From the NCBI GenBank assembly GCA_964495685.1, contig CAZBVQ010000001.1, positions 233,521-297,520 on the forward strand: a DNA stretch of 64,000 bases, in the 5' to 3' direction. Of the stretch, positions 46,810 through 54,842 are shown in pieces (positions within the stretch are counted from its first letter, which is position 1; each line of letters opens with the position of its first letter). A program made the position numbers and the translations under genes. A model generated the notes under the pieces. That model did not search any database and was not told the origin of the DNA. It worked only from the letters and a program-made list of their open reading frames with translations. This DNA is from an uncultured Candidatus Saccharibacteria bacterium. GTDB lineage: Bacteria > Patescibacteriota > Minisyncoccia > Phycocordibacterales > PALSA-1337.

Positions 46810-46914
46810 ATGGCAAAACGAGCATCAGTTCAGAAGAAGGGTTCACGTTCACGCAAGACCACCAAGCGTCTTGTGGCCAAGCGTGCCCGTCTAGCAAAAA
46901 AGCGCGGATACTAA
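46810..46914 (+). CDS. 34-aa highly basic protein (not in the ORF track)
   Basis: MAKRASVQKKGSRSRKTTKRLVAKRARLAKKRGY; upstream -10-like box and downstream terminator. Confidence 0.65.
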   Translation: MAKRASVQKKGSRSRKTTKRLVAKRARLAKKRGY

Positions 46915-46937
46915 TTCCTGCGCTAGTGCTAGGACAT

Positions 46938-46964
46938 AAACTTCCCGATATTCGGGCAGTTTTT
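46938..46964 (+). terminator. Intrinsic terminator
   Basis: aaacttcccga-tat-tcgggcagttttt. Confidence 0.55.
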
Positions 46965-46965
46965 G

Positions 46966-47133
46966 TTACCAGCTGGCGATTTTGGCACCAACGTAGATAC
47001 CGACGAGGCCGCCGATGGTGCTACCGATGATTCCTGACATCGACAAGGTGCCCGCTCCCCAGAGCGTGGGGATCCAGCCACCGACGATACTACCGACGAG
47101 TACGCCGATCCAGATGAGATGTCTTGTGTCCAT
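46966..47133 (-). CDS. 55-aa glycine-rich membrane protein (not in the ORF track)
   Basis: MDTRHLIWIGVLVGSIVGGWIPTLWGAGTLSMSGIIGSTIGGLVGIYVGAKIASW. Confidence 0.7.
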   Translation of the reverse strand: MDTRHLIWIGVLVGSIVGGWIPTLWGAGTLSMSGIIGSTIGGLVGIYVGAKIASW

Positions 47134-47157
47134 TACTAGATAGTATACAATACATGC

Positions 47158-47715
47158 ATGTCAAGCGTGTCCACAGGTGAACGATCAGCCACTGCCGTGT
47201 TCGCCAATGGTTGTTTTTGGTGCACAGAGGCAGTCTTCTCGTCGCTCAAAGGGGTCAAGTCTGTCGTCTCCGGATATACGGGCGGCGCAACACCAGATCC
47301 GACATACGAGGTCGTTCATACAGGCAGGACAGGTCATGCTGAAGCGATCAAGATAGAGTATGACCCAGATACGATTTCGTATGAGGATCTCTTGAATGTG
47401 TTCTTCAATACACATGATCCGACGACACTCAACAGGCAGGGCAATGACATTGGTACTGAGTATCGTTCGGGTATTTTTTACTTGAATGAGGAGCAGCGCG
47501 TCGCAGCTGAGACATTGGTGAAAGAGCTCAATGATACCAAGGCATATGACAAACCTGTAGTGACGACAGTCCAGCCGCTTGAGGTCTTCTATCCAGCTGA
47601 GTCGTATCATCAGGAATTTTATAAGTATCATTCTGACGAGCCGTACTGCCAGATTGTGATTGCGCCCAAGTTGGAGAAGCTACAGAAGCGATTTGCGGAA
47701 TTATTAAAGCAGTAA
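47158..47715 (+). CDS. msrA: Peptide methionine sulfoxide reductase A
   Basis: GCFWCTE, SGYTGG, TGHAE, HDPTTLNRQGND, AESYHQ. Confidence 0.97.
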   Translation: MSSVSTGERSATAVFANGCFWCTEAVFSSLKGVKSVVSGYTGGATPDPTYEVVHTGRTGHAEAIKIEYDPDTISYEDLLNVFFNTHDPTTLNRQGNDIGTEYRSGIFYLNEEQRVAAETLVKELNDTKAYDKPVVTTVQPLEVFYPAESYHQEFYKYHSDEPYCQIVIAPKLEKLQKRFAELLKQ

Positions 47716-47716
47716 A

Positions 47717-47735
47717 TTCTAGGCCGGGCCTAGAA
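47717..47735. repeat. 19-bp palindromic repeat
   Basis: ttctaggccgggcctagaa between msrA and msrB. Confidence 0.88.
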
Positions 47736-47742
47736 AAATAAT

Positions 47743-48120
47743 ATGAATGAAGAAGAACTCAAAAAGAAATTAACACCTGAGGAATATCACGTGCTCCGTC
47801 AGAAGGGTACCGAGGCGCCATTTTCAGGGAAATTACTTCACGACGAACGCGATGGTATGTATACCTGCAAAGTATGTGGATCCAAGCTCTTTTCTTCAGA
47901 TGCAAAGTTTGATTCAGGTACGGGGTGGCCATCTTTTGATCAGGCGCTGCCTGGCGCGGTCAAGGAAACAGTTGATACGGAACATGGCATGATTCGTACT
48001 GAGATAACCTGTGCTACATGCGGCTCTCATCTCGGTCATGTCTTCAATGATGGTCCGACTAAAACAGGGATGAGGTATTGTCTCAATTCAGTGTGCCTGG
48101 ATCTGGAGGAGGCAAAATAA
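47743..48120 (+). CDS. msrB: Peptide methionine sulfoxide reductase B
   Basis: [33 protein letters not shown]. Confidence 0.97.
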   Translation: MNEEELKKKLTPEEYHVLRQKGTEAPFSGKLLHDERDGMYTCKVCGSKLFSSDAKFDSGTGWPSFDQALPGAVKETVDTEHGMIRTEITCATCGSHLGHVFNDGPTKTGMRYCLNSVCLDLEEAK

Positions 48121-48137
48121 AACCCCAGTTGTTGAAT

Positions 48138-48156
48138 TTCTAGGCCCGGCCTAGAA
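48138..48156. repeat. 19-bp palindromic repeat
   Basis: ttctaggcccggcctagaa; symmetry extends to 48135-48159 and abuts the aspS stop. Confidence 0.88.
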
Positions 48157-48157
48157 A

Positions 48158-49486
48158 TTATTTCGACAAGAGGGTGTCAATCCTGTTGATGTCGCGTGGG
48201 AAGAGGGTGGCTTCTTTGACGTTGTCGATACCGAGCAGCTTGGCAGTGAGTCGCTCCAATCCGAGTCCGAATCCACCATGAGGAGGCAAGCCGTATTTGA
48301 AGGCCTGGAGATAGTATGAGAACTTTTCAGGATCGAGCTTCTTGTCTTTCATCGATGAAATAAGATCATCGTACGAATGGATGCGCTGTGCGCCGGTCGT
48401 GATTTCTACTCCACGGAAAAGGAGGTCGAAGCCCTTGGTGTATGTAGGATCCTTCTCGTCACGATAGGTATAGAAGGGGCGCTTGGCTGTCGGGAAGTTG
48501 GTGATGAAGATGAATTCCGAGTTGAGTTTCTCGGCAGCATGAGTGCACAGCCAGCGTTCGTGCTCTGGTTCGAGGTCGGGCTCATTGGTGCAGTCCTTGC
48601 CAGTCTCCTTGGTGATGAGGGCTTGAGCTTCGCGGAGCGTCATACGTGGTATTTCAGTAGGGACCTTCGGAATCGTAGCTCCGAGCAATTTGAACTCAGC
48701 ACTACATTCATGCTCAAGTGCTTGAGTGAGGTGCTGCAAGAAACCGGTCTCGGCCGCCATGATATCGGTATAGTCTTTGATGAAGCCCATTTCGATATCC
48801 ATAGAAGTGTATTCGTTGAGGTGGCGGGTGGTCGAGTGTTTCTCGGCGCGATAGACGTTGCCGATGGCGTAGACGCGCTCGAAGATGCCGACCATGATCT
48901 GCTTATAGAGCTGAGGACTCTGGGCGAGGTGGGCGACATGTTTGAAATATTCGACGTTGAATGAGTTGGCGCCACCTTCAGCGTCGTCACCGATGAGTTT
49001 GGGTGCTTGGAACTCGGTGAATCCCTGGCTCTCGAAATAGGTACGGAATGCCTTGGTGATGACTGCTTGTATCTTGAAAATGGCACGATGTTTGGTGGTA
49101 CGAAGTGTGAGAGGGAGGTTGTCCAGGTGTGTGTCTATGTTGATGTCGGCATTGAGCTCAAACGGCAACTCCTTGGCACTCGCGAGTACCTCAATACCGA
49201 AGACTTCGAATTCGATAGTACCATTGGCTTCGTTGGCATTGACCATCTTGTCAGGACGCTTGTTGACCTTGCCAGTCATGGTGACCACCCACTCACTGCG
49301 GAGCTGTTTGGCGACTTCTTGTGCTTCTGTGTGGTTGGGGAGGATGACGGTCTGGACCTTGCCACTGACGTCACGGAGGTCGATGAAAATAAGTTTGCCG
49401 TGGTCGCGACGGATATCGACCCAGCCAGAGATAGAGACTTCTGCGCCAATATGGTTGGTAAGCTCGCGGATGAAGGTGCGTTTCAT
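48158..49486 (-). CDS. aspS: Aspartate-tRNA ligase, short archaeal-type (probably non-discriminating)
   Basis: OB-fold GWV..RRDHG; LAQSPQLYKQ; YRAE.H.TTRHLNE; PPHGGFGLGLER. Confidence 0.92.
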   Translation of the reverse strand: MKRTFIRELTNHIGAEVSISGWVDIRRDHGKLIFIDLRDVSGKVQTVILPNHTEAQEVAKQLRSEWVVTMTGKVNKRPDKMVNANEANGTIEFEVFGIEVLASAKELPFELNADINIDTHLDNLPLTLRTTKHRAIFKIQAVITKAFRTYFESQGFTEFQAPKLIGDDAEGGANSFNVEYFKHVAHLAQSPQLYKQIMVGIFERVYAIGNVYRAEKHSTTRHLNEYTSMDIEMGFIKDYTDIMAAETGFLQHLTQALEHECSAEFKLLGATIPKVPTEIPRMTLREAQALITKETGKDCTNEPDLEPEHERWLCTHAAEKLNSEFIFITNFPTAKRPFYTYRDEKDPTYTKGFDLLFRGVEITTGAQRIHSYDDLISSMKDKKLDPEKFSYYLQAFKYGLPPHGGFGLGLERLTAKLLGIDNVKEATLFPRDINRIDTLLSK

Positions 49487-49559
49487 AGTGAGTAGACTAT
49501 ACCATATTTGCGTTATTTCGCTATCAATATAGAGACGTGTGGCATGATATAGTGTGCCC

Positions 49560-50279
49560 ATGAATATGTCGGCAACTTCAGTTATCGCTATGTTGAAACA
49601 GTCCGCCAATGCTGAGAAAGCGTCGCTGCTGTCTCGATTTTTCAAGACAGGGCCTGGTCAGTACGGAGAAGGCGATGTGTTTCTTGGTGTAATGGTTCCT
49701 GAACAGCGCACAATTGCACGTGAATGTGTAGACATGTCACTCGATGAGGTTGATGAACTGTTGCAAAACAAATATCACGAAGTGCGCCTTACCGCTCTAC
49801 TTATTTTGGTCTACAAGGTCAAGCGTGCTGATGAGAAGACTCGACGCGAGATATTTAATTTTTATCTATCCCATACTGGGTACATCAATAATTGGGATCT
49901 GGTCGACGTCACGGTCAAAGATATTATCGGTGCCTATGTGTTCGATTTCGAGAAAAATAGAAATGTATTATATCGGTTGGTACGATCGCGCAACATGTGG
50001 GAGCGTCGTATCGCTATAGTTGCTACGTCATACTTCATTGGCAAGAATGATTTCGGGGACACCATAGCTCTCGCGGAAATACTTCTTGAGGATGAACACG
50101 ATCTCATTCACAAGGCGACAGGTTGGATGCTCCGCGAAGTGGGGAAGCGAGATGAGCGGGCGCTGTGTGCATTTCTGGAACGACATGCACAGCACATGCC
50201 GAGGACTATGTTACGTTACGCACTCGAGAAGTTTCCCGAGAAGGTCCGTCAACGATATATGAAGATGCCTCGGGTATGA
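49560..50279 (+). CDS. DNA alkylation repair protein (AlkD-like)
   Basis: FFKTGPGQYGEGD.FLGV, NNWDLVD, LIHKATGWMLRE. Confidence 0.9.
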   Translation: MNMSATSVIAMLKQSANAEKASLLSRFFKTGPGQYGEGDVFLGVMVPEQRTIARECVDMSLDEVDELLQNKYHEVRLTALLILVYKVKRADEKTRREIFNFYLSHTGYINNWDLVDVTVKDIIGAYVFDFEKNRNVLYRLVRSRNMWERRIAIVATSYFIGKNDFGDTIALAEILLEDEHDLIHKATGWMLREVGKRDERALCAFLERHAQHMPRTMLRYALEKFPEKVRQRYMKMPRV

Positions 50280-50292
50280 TATAGTTTCACCT

Positions 50293-51309
50293 ATGAATAA
50301 CGATATTTCACCAATTGTTCGAGAGAAGGCGCCACTCATTCTTGCCGAGATCAAGAAGGCCACGAATATATTGCTGCACTGTCACCCATCACCTGATCCA
50401 GACAGTGTTGGCTCTGCGTTGGCTATGAAATTTGCATTGGAGCAGATGGGCAAGAAAGCCACGGTTATAAAAGGCGACTCGGATATTCCACAAGCTTTCA
50501 TGCATTTTCCTGGGGCTACTGAGATTATGATGAAAGGTTTCGGCGATATCAATCTACATGAATATGATTTATTTATATCACTAGATTCTGGATCTATAGA
50601 CCGTATATCTCGCCAGCCGATCGTCTTTCCGGACACTATGAAGGTGATTAATATTGATCATCATAATACCAATTCTAATTTCGGTAGTATCAACTTGGTG
50701 GAAGTCACTTACCCAGCAACCTGTGCCATTTTGTCTGATTTGTTTATTGCATGGTCAATAAAAATGGATAGTAATATTGCGTCAAATATTTTTATCGGTA
50801 TTTATACTGACACAGGAGCATTCAAATACCGGGGAGTAACCAAACGGATTTTTGAAATGGCTGCCAGCCTCTCTTCTTTCATCCCTGATATTCCAGAATT
50901 GGTGACCCGAATGGAGAATTCGAACACACCTGCATTTATGAGGTTTGAGGGTGCGGCTCTCGATGCGATAGAGACTTCTTCAAGTGGCAGGTATGCAATT
51001 TCATCGATTACGTATAAGACTCTTGTCGAAAAGAAGATTCCCATAAACGAGATACGGGGGAGTGAGCTTTCCTCGTTTATGCTTAGTGTTATTGATTGGG
51101 ACATTGTGGCTTCTGCGGTTGAGTTTGAACCTGGTAAAGTCAAACTTAGTTTCCGGTCACGTGACTTTTCGAAATTTGATATATCTAAATTAGCAGTCAT
51201 GCTGGGCGGGGGTGGACATAAAATGGCGGCCGGAGCGATCGTTTCAGGATCAATTGCTGAGGTGAAAAAAATAGTTGCCGAAAAAGTTAAAGAACTCTAT
51301 AATCTCTAA
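50293..51309 (+). CDS. DHH family phosphoesterase (NrnA-like)
   Basis: HPSPDPDSVGS, NIDHH, TDTG, GGGH. Confidence 0.92.
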   Translation: MNNDISPIVREKAPLILAEIKKATNILLHCHPSPDPDSVGSALAMKFALEQMGKKATVIKGDSDIPQAFMHFPGATEIMMKGFGDINLHEYDLFISLDSGSIDRISRQPIVFPDTMKVINIDHHNTNSNFGSINLVEVTYPATCAILSDLFIAWSIKMDSNIASNIFIGIYTDTGAFKYRGVTKRIFEMAASLSSFIPDIPELVTRMENSNTPAFMRFEGAALDAIETSSSGRYAISSITYKTLVEKKIPINEIRGSELSSFMLSVIDWDIVASAVEFEPGKVKLSFRSRDFSKFDISKLAVMLGGGGHKMAAGAIVSGSIAEVKKIVAEKVKELYNL

Positions 51310-51338
51310 ATTATTTATTCGATAATCACGCTCATCGT

Positions 51339-52040
51339 ATGCAACCAGAAGAACCGAAGAAATCTTTTCCGTGGATCATTGTTATCATTATTGTCATTGT
51401 TATCTTAGTGCTCGCACAGTGGCTGACGACGCGCTCTTCGGATAAAGAGACAGTCGAACAATACAGCGACAAGGCGACAGACGTCTCGGTCACTGTTCCA
51501 CCGACTACGACGACTGAGCCAGCAACAGCTTCGACTACTACCACTAATACACCTACAAAAAATTTCATGCACACTATCACGCTTGAGACCAACAAGGGCA
51601 CGATCGTATTCGAGACATATGACGCCGATGCACCAAAGACTGTCGAGAACTTTATCACTTTAGCTACCAAAGGTTTCTATAACAATCTGATCTTCCATCG
51701 TGTTATCAAGGGATTCATGATCCAGGGAGGTGATCCGACAGGTACTGGTATGGGTGGTCCAGGATACAAGTTTGCAGACGAGCTCAATCCAGCCACGCCA
51801 TCATACAAAGCAGGATACGTTCGCGGTACTGTGGCTATGGCGAATTCGGGTCCAAATACCAACGGGAGCCAATTCTTCATCATGCATCAGGATTATCCGC
51901 TCCCCAACAACTACACGATCTTCGGTCGCGTCATCAAGGGTATCGAGGTTGTCGATGCGATTGCCAACTCGGCGACAGGTCAAGGTGATCGTCCAGTCAC
52001 TGACATGGTCATCAAGAAGGCGACAGTTGCAACAAAATAA
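51339..52040 (+). CDS. Cyclophilin-type peptidyl-prolyl isomerase with N-terminal anchor
   Basis: FHRVIKGFMIQGGDP, AMANSGPNTNGSQFFI. Confidence 0.95.
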   Translation: MQPEEPKKSFPWIIVIIIVIVILVLAQWLTTRSSDKETVEQYSDKATDVSVTVPPTTTTEPATASTTTTNTPTKNFMHTITLETNKGTIVFETYDADAPKTVENFITLATKGFYNNLIFHRVIKGFMIQGGDPTGTGMGGPGYKFADELNPATPSYKAGYVRGTVAMANSGPNTNGSQFFIMHQDYPLPNNYTIFGRVIKGIEVVDAIANSATGQGDRPVTDMVIKKATVATK

Positions 52041-52076
52041 TTTCCTCGTTCGTTCATTCGTGAGTATGATTAGGTC

Positions 52077-52328
52077 ATGACTCTATTCAAAGAAAAAGTA
52101 TTTTCAATTGTGCGGACGATCCCAAAAGGGGAGGTGTTGACCTACAAACAAGTTGCATGCGAAGCGGGGCGACCTCGTGCATTCCGTGCAGTGGGGAACA
52201 TATTGAATACAAATTATGACCCGAAGATTCCCTGCCATCGTGTCATTCGCAGTGACGGGAAGACTGGCGGATACAATCGCGGAGCAGAGAAAAAAGCTCG
52301 ATTGCTAAAAAGGGAGAAAGCGCGGTAG
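52077..52328 (+). CDS. MGMT / O6-alkylguanine-binding family protein
   Basis: IPKGEVLTYKQVA, RAVG, IPCHRV. Confidence 0.92.
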   Translation: MTLFKEKVFSIVRTIPKGEVLTYKQVACEAGRPRAFRAVGNILNTNYDPKIPCHRVIRSDGKTGGYNRGAEKKARLLKREKAR

Positions 52329-52338
52329 ACTTCACTAT

Positions 52339-53103
52339 ATGTCTGACTTCTACACAGCAAAGCGTACACGCAACCTCTTCGATCCCTCGAGCACCGAACC
52401 ATTCAAGGTCAGTCGTTCCAAAATCGATCTTTTCCTCAATTGTCCGTTGTGCTTCTATCTCGACTGTCGACTTGGTGTCGGTCGTCCACCTGGATTTCCA
52501 TTCAACCTCAACACCGCTGTCGATACCTTGCTCAAGAAAGAGTTCGATACGCATCGTGCCAAGAAGCGTGCACATCCACTTATGCATTCGTATGGACTCA
52601 AGGATGTCATACCATTCCAGCACGAAGACCTCGATGTGTGGCGAAGCAACTTCAAAGGCATCAGGCACGTTCATGGGCCGAGCAATCTACTGGTCACCGG
52701 TGCAGTCGATGATGTGTGGGTCAATGACTCAGGTGAAGTGATTATTGTCGACTACAAGTCGACGAGCAAAGAAGAGAAAGTAACCCTCGACAAGGAATGG
52801 CAGATCGGCTATAAGCGCCAGATGGAAGTCTATCAGTGGTTGTTCCGTCGCAATGGGTTCAGCGTCTCGAGTACCGGCTATTTCGTCTACTGTAATGGCA
52901 AGACGGATCGCGTCGCATTCGATGCAAAATTGGAGTTCGACATAGACCTTATTCCATATACAGGCGATGATTCTTGGATTGAGAAGGCGCTCAAGGACAT
53001 CCGTGTCTGTCTCGATCAGAATACCGTCCCTACTCCTGCTGCGTCATGTGATTATTGCTCATACCGCAAGGCGGCGCGAGATGTCCAAACGAAGAAGAAA
53101 TAG
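52339..53103 (+). CDS. PD-(D/E)XK nuclease (Cas4/AddB-like, solo)
   Basis: CPLCFY, GAVDD, VDYKS, QMEVY, C-terminal CDYC. Confidence 0.88.
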   Translation: MSDFYTAKRTRNLFDPSSTEPFKVSRSKIDLFLNCPLCFYLDCRLGVGRPPGFPFNLNTAVDTLLKKEFDTHRAKKRAHPLMHSYGLKDVIPFQHEDLDVWRSNFKGIRHVHGPSNLLVTGAVDDVWVNDSGEVIIVDYKSTSKEEKVTLDKEWQIGYKRQMEVYQWLFRRNGFSVSSTGYFVYCNGKTDRVAFDAKLEFDIDLIPYTGDDSWIEKALKDIRVCLDQNTVPTPAASCDYCSYRKAARDVQTKKK

Positions 53104-53124
53104 AGCCGTTATATGACTACGCAC

Positions 53125-53158
53125 GCAACAAAAAACTCCACAACAGGGAGTTTTTTGT
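53125..53158. terminator. Bidirectional terminator
   Basis: acaaaaaactcc...ggagttttttgt between convergent genes. Confidence 0.75.
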
Positions 53159-53189
53159 ATATCTATATAGTGTATAGATAGGATGGCGT

Positions 53190-53597
53190 TTACCACGCAC
53201 CGATGATGGCTCCACCGATAACCATAGTGAGGAGTCCGCAGACAGCGTTGATGAGGACGAGCTTGGCTGGGCGACGATCCCACATGTAGTTACCTACATA
53301 AAGCGGTACACTGAAACCGAGCCATGCGATGATACCTACGAATGCACCGTCACTCGTGCCCTGGATGCCTGCCACATTCATGGCGAAACCAAGTACACAG
53401 AATGATATCAGTGTCATGATGAGCTGTATGATGTAGTATTTCGTTACACCCTTACTCTTTGCCTCGGCTATGTCCTTCTCGTCGCAACCAGCGAGAGCCA
53501 TCCATTCTTTGCCGAAGAGGATAGGTGAGTACCACACTGCGCTTATCACGAATGCCACGACTGCGGCCACGAGCACTGACCAGAAATTGATTTCCAT
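53190..53597 (-). CDS. DUF1761 family membrane protein
   Basis: INFWSVLVAA..WYSP.LFGKEW. Confidence 0.85.
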   Translation of the reverse strand: MEINFWSVLVAAVVAFVISAVWYSPILFGKEWMALAGCDEKDIAEAKSKGVTKYYIIQLIMTLISFCVLGFAMNVAGIQGTSDGAFVGIIAWLGFSVPLYVGNYMWDRRPAKLVLINAVCGLLTMVIGGAIIGAW

Positions 53598-53638
53598 AAA
53601 AGTCGTATGATTATGCTTGTATGTTAGAATGCTAGCAC

Positions 53639-54325
53639 ATGAAAGCGGTACGGACAATTTTTTTCATAGGCGTGGGTTGTGTAGCATTCGGTGTGCTTGT
53701 ATATTTGGGACATGCGGGTATTTCAATGCACGCAGTACCATCACTCAGTGAATATGTCGCATCGAACACCCGTCCCGATGATCAGTCGGCATCATCGACG
53801 GCATCGGCGTGGATGGCGTCATCGACCATTGTGCGGATGTTACTTTCGACTACGGCTACGAGTACTCCTTCTGCATTCACTGCTACTTCGTCGGGTCAGA
53901 CTATTCCTTCTGCCATAGGTGTTCCTCGTGTACCCAAGATTGCTAGCACACTTTCGGTACGTTCGACATTACCTGAAGGATATATCAAGGCGCCCAAAGG
54001 TAAGATTCGTCTGCTTATTGCCAAGACGCCGAACACTCGTGAGCGTGGCCTCGGTGGATATGCCTCACTCGATACTGATCAAGGCATGCTGTTTATATTT
54101 CCGCGCCCTACCTCGGTTAATTTTTGGATGGAGGACATGAAATTTTCTCTTGACTTCGTGTGGATGAGTAGTGATCACACAATCGTAGGGATTACCAGTA
54201 ATATATCCCCCGATACATATCCCGCATCATTTCCTTCGCCAGGCAAAGTCCAATTTGTCCTCGAGCTCAATGCCGGTGCCGCTACACAATTTGGTCTCAA
54301 AGTCGGTGACCGACTGGCGTTTTAG
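53639..54325 (+). CDS. DUF192 family protein with N-terminal anchor and S/T-rich linker
   Basis: RERGL, GMLFIF, FWMEDMKFSLD, VLELNAG. Confidence 0.88.
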   Translation: MKAVRTIFFIGVGCVAFGVLVYLGHAGISMHAVPSLSEYVASNTRPDDQSASSTASAWMASSTIVRMLLSTTATSTPSAFTATSSGQTIPSAIGVPRVPKIASTLSVRSTLPEGYIKAPKGKIRLLIAKTPNTRERGLGGYASLDTDQGMLFIFPRPTSVNFWMEDMKFSLDFVWMSSDHTIVGITSNISPDTYPASFPSPGKVQFVLELNAGAATQFGLKVGDRLAF

Positions 54326-54367
54326 TTCTTCACCATCTACCTCAGTATCTTATGTGGCAACGGGCGA

Positions 54368-54468
54368 CGTATCCCGCCCATCATAATTCCTCCCCTCCAA
54401 GCCTCAAAGCGCTGTCGCTGGCTACATTTTCGGCTTGTCAGGGAGGAATTATGACGGGCGGGGATATG
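54368..54468. repeat. Long hairpin element with conserved loop core (copy B)
   Basis: 14-bp perfect arms 54381-54394/54441-54454 plus outer cccgccc/gggcggg; loop gcgctgtcgctggctac. Confidence 0.7.
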
Positions 54469-54510
54469 CCTTGAAGATCCGTGGGCGAATCAGGTGGAGC
54501 CGTCCACGTA

Positions 54511-54519
54511 TGTGGATAA
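54511..54519 (-). promoter_or_regulatory. DnaA box consensus upstream of nrdJ
   Basis: tgtggataa = TTATCCACA, followed by an AT-rich stretch. Confidence 0.4.
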
Positions 54520-54842
54520 CTTGCATGTGTGTAGACATTTTCCAGTAAAGAATGCAAAACTTTTTTGTGCGCCAAAATATTTTTTTAAAAATAATCTCCA
54601 TAAAAGCACTCATTTTAGTCATTTTCTGAAATCGATCTTTTACAGATCATCTTTTTTATTTTTCAGTTTATGTGCATCGATTTATGTATCCAAAAAATAT
54701 TTTTTCTCTTCCCTGTGAACGTCGATAGCGGTACAATGGATACAAATATTACTTTCTTGATCGGACTCTGTGACGAGTTGCGATAAAGAACACCAGCACA
54801 TCGGTCCGATTATTAAAAACATTTAGATTTGTTCACACACGT

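Noticed and set aside
19673-48156. Palindromic repeats as a CRISPR array
   Set aside because: Copies are kilobases apart with no regular spacers, and there is no cas operon.
52339-53103. Cas4-like nuclease as evidence of CRISPR-Cas
   Set aside because: Solo gene among DNA repair and housekeeping genes, with no array or other cas genes.
54511-54720. Replication origin
   Set aside because: Only one consensus DnaA box, no box cluster and no dnaA/dnaN nearby; GC skew cannot be judged here.
54738-54842. Cobalamin riboswitch upstream of nrdJ
   Set aside because: Leader is short and lacks the GGGAA and GCCACTG / B12-box consensus.
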